A stretch of 51,937 nucleotides of DNA, from NCBI GenBank assembly GCA_000934665.2, contig JYFJ02002736.1:1-51937 (forward strand), written 5' to 3'. Of this stretch, positions 28,401-42,100 are shown piece after piece. Origin of the DNA: Catajapyx aquilonaris. Its lineage: Eukaryota. Within the stretch, counting starts at the first letter, position 1; each line of letters opens with the position of its first letter. The position numbers were made by a program, and so were the translations under genes. The notes beneath the pieces are model-generated. The model saw only the letters and a program-made list of their open reading frames with translations, did not search any database and had not been told where the DNA came from.

Positions 28401-30309
28401 TTTTTTTTTTTTTTTTTTGCTTCGGACGGTGCCAGCGTCATGTTGGGCAGAAAAATGGTGTTGCTCTGTGACTTTGTCTGCAGTACCCTCTTGCCTATGC
28501 ATGGCACTGCTTGAATCACAGCATAGTACTGTCAGTTGCAGACACTGTCAAAGAGCACACAGCACACTCACTTCCAGAGTGCTAGTGAAGCTGTCCTGTG
28601 CAGCACATTGTTCCAGGCAACCTACCTGGGTTTGCGACCCACTCTGATCAGTCCATGAAGTGCTGCAAGAGCTGTCAGACATGCCACTGGAACTTCAAAA
28701 GCTTGACATACAGTAACACAATTCTCCTTGCAAATTTTGGAAATTCTGAAGAATAGTCTTGGGGAAAAACTCTCATTGGAACAAGGCACATTTCAGGGAG
28801 GCAAGTTTTCCAAAATTGATTTGATTGATAACGTGGCTTTGATTGAGAGTATTGTCGACAAAGTGAAGTCTACTCTGTCCAATGATGACGATGAAGTTCT
28901 AAGGTCATCCATGATACTGGATTATGACTCCGACCTGTTTAAACCGTGATCTAATTGAGCCGCGGTTTAAACCTCTCTCCAGGCTAAGCCTTGGGCTAAA
29001 CCTTGTGGGACACTATATGACAGTATGTGTATTCAAGTGTGGCATTGTTCTCTCTGTTTTCAGCTGGATCTTCTTTGCACACGTAAGCAAAGTGTGATGT
29101 ACAGTCTCTTTGAGTGGCCCTCCTGGAAGAGTTCCAAGCTGGTGGTGATTGCCATTGCTAACACAATGGATCTGCCTGAGAGGGTCATGATGAGTCGAGT
29201 TTCCAGTAGGCTTGTGAGTATGCTTTGACTTCACCAAAAATTACTTTGCCATTACACTTGCTAATTCCATCAATAACATCAATTTCAAATGCCTTTTACA
29301 TATTTTTACCAGTATGTGATGTGGCAGTCAGATCAGAATTGCTTGTGATGTTGCAATCATTTTTTTTTTATATATTTAAAATTTTGTTTACAGGGCCTTA
29401 CTCGAATGACTTTTCACCCATACACCCACGAACAGCTAAGGCAGATCATTGCATCCAGACTGGAGGGACTCAAAGTGTTTGACCCAGATGCTATTCAGCT
29501 AGTGTCAAGGTATGGTCCTCCGCTCAATGGGCTCAAGGGCTGTCATCCTCAATGGTGGCCTCCTTATCCATGTAGTGTGTAAAGGCCAAGGACATATGCT
29601 CCTACATGAACCAGCTAGACTCTTAAATTATGTGTGTGAAACATGACTCTGGTTTTTGTGAATTACACAGGAAGGTAGCTGCTGTGTCTGGGGATGCACG
29701 GCGAGCCTTGGACATTTGCAGGCGAGCTGTTCAAATTGCCGAGGAGAAGTCTGGTGTCTCTGCCTCCAAGTCGCCTCGAAAGAAACCCAAAAATGGCTTG
29801 GTGGCTGTGACTGTAGGGATGAGCCATGTGAATGCAGCTCTCCAGGAGATGTGCTCTTCTCCAACCGTGATGGCAGTGAAGCAGTGCAGCGAGATTGAAC
29901 AGCTCTTCATTGCTGCCTTGCTCTCCGAATTCAAGCGACGGGGCTTGGAGGAGGCTGTTTTTGGAAAAGCATATGAGATTCTTGTTTCACTTTGTGCTTT
30001 CGAAGGTGTGTAGGCTATTCACAACTCCAGTTTAGAATATTGGAAGAGTTCCTTGATGGTAGTGCATAAAATATTTGGTAATATTTTATTGACGTTAAAA
30101 GTCTATTAACAATAAATAGTTGACTGTAACTTCTTTTGGCAGGTTTGCGTGTTCCCAGTGTAACTGAAGCTTTGGAGATGTGTGCCCGGCTAGTGCTATG
30201 CAAGCTTCTTTTGAGTGAGCCTGGCAAGCGGGGTGAGGCTCAGCGGATATGGCTGAACGTTAACACTGATGATGTGACCTATGCACTTAGGAATGCTGGT
30301 GATATCTGA
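25497..30309 (+). CDS. ORC1: Origin recognition complex subunit 1
   Basis: Exons 25497-25576, 25643-25770, 25834-26036, 26170-26443, 26504-26705, 26891-27314, 27590-28129, 29064-29213, 29394-29509, 29671-30005, 30143-30309. BAH domain, SP/TP-rich linker, [21 protein letters not shown]alker A, LLVDELD Walker [25 protein letters not shown], winged-helix C-terminus. Confidence 0.95.
28651..28930 (+). mobile_element. Degenerate hAT-type (KIAA1586/ZNF862-like) transposase fragment in ORC1 intron 7
   Basis: [21 protein letters not shown], then after a frameshift [47 protein letters not shown]; resembles the L.ELS.LSL.LQK region of these transposases (from recall). Confidence 0.45.
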
Positions 30310-33142
30310 GGACGCCGGAATCGGGAATTGCTGAAATGCATCTGTGGTTTTATGTGCCTTAATTTTGGCGAACGTTTTCTGATAATAAAATGACCTTTAC
30401 AAAATTATTTGGATATGTTTATTTAATTTTTACCTTATAATGCGATCTGTTTTAAGGTTTTACTCTGCTTTGCAACCTTGAGGATTTTGAGTTGCATTCC
30501 TGGAGCTGGACAGAGGATTCTTATTAGCTGTGGAAGACTTCCGTCCATGCAATGTGGCCCAAAGACATCCAATAAAATGTTCTTGAAATAAGACCAACAG
30601 CTAATATTTTGAAATAACTAACATTCATAATAACTGTTTAAATACAAGCAGCTAGTGCCAAAAAGTCGCTAACAATTAACTGCAAGGATTGGAACACCAT
30701 TTTATATTGATCACTGACTCATTTTGGGAAATTGCATGCACATGACTGAGTCTTTGATCGTTACTATACTAATCATGTAGCTATTGCACATTCCCTGCTT
30801 GCATCACGCCACATCGCATGTGCAGGTGTTGGCTCCCAACATTTGACACTTCTGTCGCTTGTGTAAATGCAGATTTTTCCTATTTAGCATTACCTGCACA
30901 ATGTCATGATGTTGGGGAACGGGTTTCACTGAATAGAAAAAAGAGGAACTCGGGCATATGCGCCGCGTGCCACTTATCCTTGTTGTTCAGGGCTACCCAG
31001 GAGACTCTCCTGTCGAGTGGGATGTCTAACAGGCAGGATATAACCAGTGAAGTACCAGAGCAGCTGGACTTGAACTTCTTTTTTTTTCAGATTCCTTTAC
31101 AAAATTGAGAGGCCGTCATTATCACTGACTGCATGATGAGGATTATAGCTTGCATTATTTCCTATTTGACCCAGATTGACACGCAGATGGTCTCTGTTGA
31201 CACACGTGTTGAAATATACTGTTTTTGGCAGGACAGCTGAACATAACCTGTAAAACCACGCTAATGCCATGGCGATGGATCATTCACATTAATCATGTAA
31301 TCGCTAGATCTCCTGCCACGCAGAGAAATGGAGCGGATTTATTAAAGGGGACATATTTATCAACTAAAAAATAGTGCACTAATCTTCACTTCTTGTGTCC
31401 ATCTGTGTTTTGATGATAGATTTTTCACTTCATGCAATTATGCAAATTCCTACCATAATCGTTCTGAATTTTACGTGTCCACACGTATCCGACTGTAGTA
31501 AGTGCCTTGACATATTTTCCCTATTTGCAATGTTAACAGAGGACACATTAAAAACCCGGGTTTGACAATTTACTGGGACAATATTGTTCTTCAAACGCTT
31601 TTCATAATAATCCTATCAGCTGCGATTCAAACCCTGGTTTTCATCAATGAACTGCCGTAGTGGTGATGTGCCATTCAGTACGCAAAATGAAGCAAACACT
31701 CCTCCTGATGTCCAATGGAACGACATTAGCGACTGCTTTATACTATTCTGACCATTACTAATGGCCTACCAGATGAGACCAACACATTTCTCATCACCCA
31801 GGAAATTGTTAGATTTAAGCCCGTAACTACTGAGCATAACATGTTTTTGTGATGCGATGATGATGATGTCCCATGATGATGCGTCACCTGTTAGGTACGG
31901 TTATTAAAGCGGGGTCTGAAAATAATGGAAGGTGCGTCATTTAGTTGGGGATAAATTGGGTGACGCGTTGCAGCTGCAGAGGTTGATGGAAGTTTAGATT
32001 GAAGTGGAGATGATGAGTCCGCTAAAAGTGTCAAGCCTGAAGTCTAATGGATGAGCGGTGCATATTTAATGAAACTGAGTTATCATTGGATGGAGAAGGA
32101 TAGCATAAAAAAAATCATGTAGAGCGCTCCAAAGCCAGATGATACAGCTCTTATTTTGTACATGACGAGTCACAAGTTTTCAACAGTACAAAGATATGAT
32201 TAAGTTTTGATTATTTTTTAAACACACATACACAGATATTACGCTAGAAGTACACGGTACACATGTATGGAAACTTCATATTTTATTTGATACACTGTAC
32301 AGAAAATCCACATGTAACTATACAAATTGTCCGTAAAGAGACGCAGAATATTAAATGTTGTATTTTAACATTTTAAAAATTATTGCACCAGTCTTATTAT
32401 AGCCAATGAAAGCTGCGTTTATTTATGAACATCTTGTACACTGTATTTAACATTATTTTGTCCTATACCGGAATGACCCGGCGTGCAAGGACGAGTTCCG
32501 TTTCATAATTAATACACTATTGGAAATATTATAGAGTCAAAATTAAACAGCAGGACATTCTCACGGTATTTTGTTCTCTTTACATTATTATCGGAGAGCC
32601 TGCTCTTTTAACTACAATTTTGATGCAACGTTACAATAAATTTTTAAAATATACCTATATTTTTTTCTCGCCAGACACGCTGGTCAGTTTAAACAAGTAT
32701 ACTCTATCTACTGCAGCGGAAGTATGGCCGGAAGATCGCGATATCCAATCACGAAAGGGCCTTTTAGAAGCTTCCTTCCAGACATCCGCTGCATCACACG
32801 ATATATTTACTTACATGTCCCTCTTTTTTTCCCCAAAAAAATAATGTAATCTATGGACCCGCACTCTCACATAAGCTCAGTTTTATGAGTGCACCCTAAT
32901 TAAAATCCCACCCTTCCGATAGCCGCAAAATACTCGCATTAAAGTGGTCCATTTTGAGAAATATTCTCATTATACCCGCCGGTACAGTGCCTAGCCGATA
33001 CGAAGTTGGGGTTGGGGGGTTGTTGAGATAAGAAACTTTCTCGAGGGGGTTGTGTATATATAACTTTTGCCAGTGAAGATACTTAGTATCAGGCCTTGGC
33101 GGGGTTTATGCCCGGGTCTTTTTAGTGCAGCAGGCCATCATT

Positions 33143-36100
33143 TCAGAGGTAGTGGCGAAGGGAAAGGTTGAGCATGAGGAGGATGGTGGCCCCTGAGAGG
33201 AAGGGACTCGAGGGAACACATCCGGAGCAGACGTCCACGTTGATTCCCTGGCACTCGGCTTGGTGGACTCGGATGCTGGACAGTGTCTCGGCGATCTTTT
33301 TCAGGAAAAGGGCAGCTTCCTTGGTGCACTTCAGGTGACTCACCTCGTATGCGCAACGGAGAAAACCATGTTTGGCACTGTGAACATGAGGAAAAAAAAA
33401 ATGTCAATAAGGCTGATAAACTGCCTATGGTATTTGAGCAGAGTTGGGTTTAATCCCTTCCCCCGATCCACCCCAAGTCTTTTCCAATCACCTAATTTGC
33501 TTTCCACCTGCATGTTGGGCTCCAATTTATCCTCTTAGGACCAATCACATCCACTTGCAGTTAGCGCGGTTGGAACGAGATTTTTTTGGGGGGGACATTG
33601 TTCGATACAAAAGTTGTCGGATGTTACGAGCCCAGATTACGTTGCAAGCACAGGGTGGTATACATCGACCTATAATTATTTGCCCATAACTTTTTTAAAG
33701 ACTCAAAATGTCAAGTAATTTGCAAATCATAGCGAGCGTGATTCGAGTAGACTTTCTCTCAACTTCAAATTGTACATTCCCAGTTTGCACATTTCCCACC
33801 TATTGGGAACCATTGCTTTACGTTCAGAATATTAATTGGCAATATCTCATTTTGAGCTGTGTACTCGGTCAGTGCACCTCCCTGTATGTATTCAGCGCAT
33901 TATTGCAATGGGGGGTGTTCCTGTAAAACGACCTGCAGAAGAAACGCGAGATTCATCAAGCATTTGATGGCAGTAATTTTGCACTCGTTTCAGTGAAATA
34001 AACGGCCAATTTCCACGCCGCAAGGGTTACATGCCCTTCCGGGCAATAAGCGTCGCATATCCCCCCCATCTAAATCCGGCGCTTCCGTAATTAGCGTACC
34101 GAAATTAACATTAATTGTTACCTGCAAGGGAAGAAATTCCTTGCAAAAAAATTGTTTTTGTCGGGTTCGTTTCAAGCTTATCACCTCCGCTGCATTAATA
34201 ATTACCCGTCTTTTAATGAGCAAGGCAGAGGGTGGATTAAGGAGCACTTGCTCTCTCTACGCTATAGCTAAAGATGAGCTTTCCACGTTGTAATATAATT
34301 ACACGGACAGGCTGCTCAGGTATTTTTTAGAGCCGACGGTAGATGCATCTGGACAGTCAAGCGGAGTCATATACTCTGTATGGGAAAAGTACCGTGTGTA
34401 TACCAGCCAAGTTGGCAAGTTGGGGACAGTCGAGTGCGGTTTGTGGTGTATAAGCCACAAAAGGCCAACCACTTTGCAAATTACAAGCTAGAAACTGCAT
34501 AAAGGCAGAGCTGGCATGCTGGAGGCTGTTCTGGACCCAAACTTGGCGATAGTGAGAATGTACGCGATTACTGATAATGCAAGTAATTTGCCAGCATTTT
34601 AGTGAATGAATGATCTGAATATTCCTGAAAATATAGTTTAAAAATTTATTTTGGTTGCTTCCTGATGCCCAACTTAACGTCAATTATACGCCCGACGTTT
34701 TTAAATCTCGTTTGAAAGCAGCGTTGCATACCAGGGATAAAAAATGTAAGCCTGGAAAATGCACTGGAATTACTGTGTGTGGTTACGTATAGTTGAAGCC
34801 GTCTGGAAAACCCGGTGAATAAATCAATGATTTTACCAGCTGCGGACACACCACTGGACCAGCTCTCGGTTTGAAAGGATACCCCCGGAATTTTTGCTTA
34901 TGAAGTTATTAATTACAACTCTGTAAAATCACATCATTCCACGATCCTGGAATGCATCATTATTCTTGCATTACCAATTCAACATAGCCGCAATGCTTTG
35001 ATTAAATTCGTGGGATTTGCTTCACTGCATGGTAAAGTCCATCCGGGAGATTTTTTTTCTATCACTTTTTAGAAGCTGGTGATGAAGTGTCAGCTGTCAT
35101 CCGGACTGCTTTTAGCACGTTAATTCCCAGGATATTAAGGGACGCTTTATGTAATCCACACAAAAAAAGGAGTCCGGCGACAATTGTTGGCTCAGAGACA
35201 CACCAAAAAATGGGCTGTGGATTGCGGGGTTCACGATTTGCATAGGTTGCCGTTTTTGTAATGAAGTATTACGCAGTACTCTCCATAACTGAATTTGCTG
35301 CGGGCTAACGTCGTTTGCGGTGTGTTGGCTGATTCTGGATGGGTTTGGCATGGAAGGGAAAAGGAGGAAAATGGAAATGTGTTACTGATCTCATCCATGG
35401 CTCGACACTGTTTCACTTAATTTGATTTTACACCACCGTAACTTACCAGGTGTTTTGTTACCTATATAATTTTAGATCTTCTGAATAATTAGATTTGGCA
35501 CATTTGCTCGCGGGGTTGCACCTTTGTTAGTCTGGCGGTAACTTAATACTGAGTGTAATCTGCTGTAGGAAACTTGGCATCAGAAGGATTGGAGTCACAC
35601 AGTGATCAGATTATGTCATGTATAGTAATATTAACACGTCAGGTTCCCTGAAAACAGATGGACTCTGCAATGGAAGTGGATCATCTTTTGAACTATTTCA
35701 CATGAAATAATCCGCACATTTTCAGAATCGGATTCACCATGTTGTCTCCGGCTTCGTGTTGACAGCCCCATGTAAAGCTCACATGTTCAGTCGCCAGAAA
35801 TGATTACACCAGTCGAAATGCGTCACATGCTTATGGAGATTAAAAAAAATATACAGAAATTTCTGTGATATGCTAATAGGACTGAACCGTTCACCCGGAA
35901 TCTTCCGGATGCGGACGACAAATGGGAGCATAACGAATCTCCAGCCCGCGAAGGTATGGAGCTCTTTGAACCGTGGGTTAATTACGTATTCCAAAAGTAG
36001 ACTGGAAATGCAGGAGGAGGGAAGAAAACCCTCCATTGTGCAACCCTTTCCAGCGATAATAATTCATCTCGCTAACAATAGGTAGCCCGCGAAAAAAAAA

Positions 36101-39100
36101 AGTTGGTGACGGATGTACCTAGTCGCATTAAAGCCTCAATAATTCTCGTTTTTTTCCCCAACTCTCTTTGCTGCTCTTCCTGGGCTTTATTGTGGTGGCG
36201 GGGGCCTCTCGTCAGAGGATCCATCAAAATGGATTTCCTTTCCGACTGGGCACATGCCCCAGGATTTACTGACCCGTATCATTTGGCGCGAATGACACTG
36301 ACGGACGTGCCTGACATGTTTACACTTTCACTGCCCAATCCTCTCATTAGTTGCGTTTCAATCATTGTGTATGCAATGGCGGATTGCACAAGTTCGAAAG
36401 GGGAAAAAAATTAAAGTGTATAGCAATCACGATAAGTGACAATACGAATAAGCAATATTTGAGTAAATATTTTGTGTAATCAAATCAATTTTAGGACACT
36501 GCATGCCAATTGTAGTTCCAACGAATTTTTTCCCTCTTGAAGTAGCTGAACATGACATACGCAGTGAGTGAAGTAGCCTACAGCGCAATTGAACAAACTT
36601 TGAGGCTCTTGGTCGGCAGGTGGTCTTTTGGCCAACGGTCGCTTTGAGTGTAGGTACGTACCAGAGGTCAATAATGATGAAGGGCCCTTAAAAGGCAAAG
36701 GTGGAAAAGCAACTGCTTTAAACTTTCGGAGGGATGATTTAGTGCTCGGTTTGTGCTACAAAGGCCGCAAATGTATTCCGATGCAAAGAGGGGTGGAGCA
36801 TGAAACGCAAGGAGCGGAACTTTCACTTGAAGTAAGTGCTTCTAATGTACCGGTAACTAATTCGGCATAGCAGCGTACTTACTTGGAGCATATATAGGAG
36901 GGGAATAAATTATGCCCCTTGTTTAAGTATTCAGAGCAAGAATTATTTACACCATCATGCACCTGTGGCAAACCAATTATCTGTTTTTACTTCTCATACA
37001 ACACACCATTTCATTTTGTTGTTCATGAAAGAGTGAATTACTCCATTATCCAATGGGTTTTAAAATATTTACCACGCATACAAGGGATTAGGTAGAACAA
37101 AAAAAAAAGATCCCAGGATTGATCGATGCGACGCGGAATGATGAAGTGGCAGAAATTACACTGGTGAATAGAGTGGTTTGTTCTGTAATTTGTAAGAGTG
37201 GTATTCAATGAAAGGCTCGATTAGGAATTCTGGCCGCGTTACCATTAGGGTAATTTCCTTGTGATGATTCTCTCAACTTGTCATTCCAGTCGCCGACGAC
37301 GTCGCGTTTTCAGGCAGCGTTTCTCTGGAAATTTCGCGCGCATTACGTGGATGCCATTTCACTTATGCTCCTTGCTGGGAAGAAAAGATTATCTCTCACT
37401 GACGGTTGAGTGTCTAAGGCAAGATCTATATAGAGAGCTATAAAGGGGGTAAGTCGTTCTCGATTATAATTTATGGCGATATTATACTACCAGTCTGAGC
37501 TGAGTGAAATTTTTAAGTTAAGGAGATGAGATTCGTTGCAATGCAAAAATGGGACGAGGATTTGAAGGGTATAGGATGTGAAGGATCGATCTGGCCTCTG
37601 GATATTTTCGTTGGGGATTAATTCGAAGCCTACAAGAACAAAAACATCACAGGCATTCCATATTAAAGCTTGGATAGTTTGCGACGAAGAAGGAGACTCA
37701 AAGGGCACAATGCGGTGTTGTATTGCGTGATAATTGCGCAATGTTTTCATATACCACAAGGGGCGGTTAAATTATTCCGCATCCCTAATATTATTATTGC
37801 AAATAATAATCAATAGAGCTGGTTCTAGTAGATACGATTGTCCAATATCTGCATTTGGGATTTCAGTACAGCCATGATGTACTTTTATGTATACCGAACT
37901 TGCAGGGCCATACACAATAAAAAACGATCCGTTCTCATTAATTCATTAGCAGGTGATGAGCAACAGTTTTTTAATCCCGGTAATCCCAACTGTGCAAAGC
38001 GATTGCAATAATGCGGATGTCTTTTAATTAATTAATACGCGCGAGGGCGCATAATGGCCCTTTTATTGTTCGACAGAACTAGCTGCCTCATTAGCTAAAG
38101 AACCTGCCTTATCTAAAGCAAGCGAATTTAGAGTATTAGAGTTGGCAAAAAAAAAAAATTCCACGTCCTTTCCATGTTTGCCAAAGACTATTCTTTAGAG
38201 AATCCTCTCAGCGGTGACTGGTAATCGGAATTTGGAGTGGTGTAGAGAAGATGAATTACTTTCAACTGGCCCCAAGCCAGTTCACTATATACATGGTAGA
38301 ATAAGTTGATTAATGTCTGTATGTTCAGAGAAACTCCAGGCAAGTCTTTCGATCGTACCCTGCCTCTGACTACTCGATGGATTAGCCTCCAAGCCGAATT
38401 CCCACAACAAGGAGTGCTCAGTGTTTTATGCAAATAAGGCGTGTAATTAGAGAGAATATCGCCTTTTGCGAGTCTGGGCCGGAAAATCGGAGCGAAATGT
38501 GTCCTAAATGACAGGGTAGGCCCATTTCTGCTTGAATTAGTGGCCAAATTTTAAGTGAGTAAATGTGGGAGCCGTTAAAAGTTGGGTCAGGAAAATAATA
38601 TCCTTTCCCAACGATCCTGGGAATATGACATTAGCGCCTTGCTTGTATTTTTTTAACGAGAATTTCGTAACGAGCCTCGTGAAAGTTTTCGCATATTGCC
38701 TGATAAATGTGGGAGCGTGCCTACAAAAAAAATGCGATATTTCATCCAGTCATTTTGATGACTAGTAAAATTTCAAAAAAATATAAAAATAAAATGGCAA
38801 CTTACCAGCAAAGGGCTAGGGTCCGGGAATATCTGGTAATGTTTGGCCTGGAATATTCTTCACGCACTAAGTACGCGAAACGCTGAGCACAGTGCTCCCA
38901 ATGTTCAGAAACACCTCTGTAGCACGTCGTGTACTTCAGGTACTCTGAAAATATATTTTTTTGTATAATTTTAGTGCACTACTTACACTAAAGTATTTCA
39001 GAAAAAATTGGCATTAATCAGAAGGGAGTAGGCAGCAGTACTTTCTTTATCAGGCTGTACGTATGCCTTCCAAATTTAAAATTCAGTACTTGTACGTATT

Positions 39101-42100
39101 ATCAAATGTTATCATATCTTACAAGAAGTTCTGGTTTGCAAAATATGCAAATCACGCACCTTGCTGAAACGTAGGGTCGTCGCAAAGGAATGCGAAGGCT
39201 TCCTTAGCTCCGGAGACGCTATCTTGAAGTCCTTTTCTGTTTCTTTCGTCCAAACAGGCTTGAGCATAGTCGTCTATGCAGCTCATTCCAGTCTTGAAAG
39301 CCCTGAAAATATCAAAAAAAAAAGTCACGTCATTCTGCCAGTTTCTTTGTAGCCTTCTCTTGATGTCTCATTACGAGCGTTTTTTTAATGTACAAAAGGA
39401 GAACATGTCAAATGCACATGCACAGGTTATAAGTCATTCTAGTAAAGAAATGGCAGAGTTTAACAGAAGTGAATCATAATTTAGAAGACAACGCTTCTGC
39501 TGCTGGAAAACCTTCCAGTGTAATCATCTAACGTATAGGGAAATGTCGAAGGGTTTCCATGGCTGCAATCGGGGCCATGTCTCTCGGATTGCCCCGAAGG
39601 AAGCTGCCATTAGAGGAGCTTCTTTTAGTGCAAACATAACCAAGGGAAGTCGGCCACGGTAAATCTGAAATCCTGGCCTCGTATATGTCATAATGCTCCA
39701 AACATTTGCTAACTTATGAGTAATAAACAGCGCACCGTAAAGTTAGCCAAGCTATATCAATATTGATTCTTTCTCGGACTGATGTCTGTTCTTTTGCATT
39801 ATTATCAGTCCAAAATGATCACTCAGGTCACGTTAGATAAGCATCGTTTTTTTTTAAAAAGGGAGAGAACTTTTGATCATTACTGCATGACGAAGCGGTT
39901 GAAAACAGGTCGTGATTTTTTTATATTTTGTGACCTAATTTCCCTTGTTATTTCCTTTGTCAGCTGTAGAACCAAGTTTATGTTCCATTTTAGAAGGCCA
40001 AAAGAGCAAACGTTGGTAGGTCCCAGACCGTAAATGAGAATCTTCATTTCATTTCCGAGTGTGCCAGCAGTGGCCGGCAGCACACACGCCTCCCTGGCGC
40101 AATAAATAATTTTTAAATATCCCCAAGGGTTAACTGGCCTTAATGACTGTGCTTACACGACGCTGAGTCCACGCTTTTCGGTACGGACGAAATATTAGCC
40201 CGCTGTTTAATCTCCAGGGAAATAATCCACGGTACAGTACGCAGCAGGATTTTTGCCTGCCCTAAAGCACGTACTGTACAAGACAAGATTTTTACACCAA
40301 CTGCACAGATTGCAATTTACTCGTGCTGACCTTTTCTGCCCGAATGTTGCTTCGCAATACGTCAGTTGTATTTGCAAAACACTGTAAAGCCAATGACACA
40401 AATACGCAATGGTTGACCTGCAGAGTGCAGAAATAGGTGGAAATGCTTCTCCTAATATACAAATATTTTTTTCCAGATTGAGAAGTTCACAAGAATATCA
40501 CCGTCAGCCATTCAAAAAAACTTTCATTTGCAATTCATCATTTTTCTTCTTCTTCCTCCTCTTCTTCATTCAGTTCGTCAGACTCCTCGGAGCTTTCCAA
40601 ATTGAAGCGAAAGCATTTGCAGTCAGTCGAAATAATTTGGCTTTAGTCCTCCGTTGAATTTCCACCTTGAGAGAGGTTCGATTTGTCCTGTTCATGTATA
40701 TAGGGAAACGATTCCGGAACCCATTTGCAATTCGTGGCGTCTTGAAATCTGAGCTTGTTCGTTGTCAATTCCACGTCAATGGAAATCGACGAATCGTCTT
40801 TGTTCCCATCCGGACTCAGCACCTTTGTGAGCAATTTATTTCAGAAATAAAGCAACACTAGTCTTTGTGTATTGGATTCGAAAAGGCGGGTTCTTTTTAA
40901 AGACGAAGGTTTATTTTTACACTGCTCAAAAAAACTGCTATCTATGTACACAAGTTTTGTGTTCATTAACTTTAGGCAACGTATGCCAAGACCTTATGAA
41001 GCTGTCACTTTATCTTATCTATTTTTGGGGGAATAAAAATCATTGATGGAATGGTTATTAAATTTGGCTGCTATCAACAATTAATCTAGTAGAAAAGTAA
41101 ATATTTTCAGAGAAAGCCTCCGTACGAGCCTGGGGGATTACATAAGCTCAGCCAATGTTATGACAGGTTTTAATTAATTTTTGGGCCCAAAATTTACCGT
41201 AGCTTAATACGTCTCTCACATGAAAATTACTGGAGTGACGACACCGTGAAAGGTAATGAACGCAGCAAATGTTACATTTCTCTCTGATTGATCGTCGCCA
41301 AAAACACATTACGAATCCCAAGGCGGCAGAGGAGAATTCAATTGGGCTTACAGGCGGGATTAGATTGCTACCATTGCTGTTTAGGATTTATTTATGACCC
41401 CCCGACTCCTCCCAACTCGTGCCGACTCTTCGAGACATACGTTTCAATTGCGCACCACATACTTCCCCAGAAAAAAAGATTGGAGAAAAGCCCGAGCGGG
41501 ATAGATACATCTTACCTTAACGACTCTAGGAGAAGATAGAAGACGCGGTCTCAGTGTGGTCGTTTCAACACCGCGCAGAACTTGGGTGTGTAGCCAGCAG
41601 CGAGCTAGGAATTCACCATCTTGACTCATTTAGTTTGCAAATCTTTGGCCTGATTAATTATTCATCTCTAGAGAGAGACAGAGAAGCCCAATAGTGTTCG
41701 CGGCCTGAATTTTCCTACCAGCTTTTGTATGGAAGCCAAAACTGGGGAGCTGGTACTCGCAGTTTTGTGTGAAAGCGCGCTTTTGTGTGAATTGTGGCCA
41801 ATTAACGCGGTGTGCGGTGTAAAAGTGCGCACCTTTCATTGAAGCTGTGGGTTTTTTTTTGTTCACTATTTCATTTTGTCAGCGAGGCAGCGAGACATGT
41901 AGGTCTATACAATTTTATAATAAAAAAGTCATAAGTTTAAATTAATTCTGAAATGTTGCGTCATAAAACTGAGGGATTTTTTTTGGGTTATATTCCTGTA
42001 TTCAGAGCCATACTTTATCTATAGACCAGTACGGATCGTACAATGTGTTCCCTTGACTACTGCTTGTTTGATGTTGATTTGCGAAATTTGAACACAAATC

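Noticed and set aside
40540..40834. Minus-strand coding-like stretch ending in EESDELNEEEEEEEK
   Set aside because: Has an in-frame stop and no recognisable family; possibly transposon or pseudogene debris, but cannot be supported
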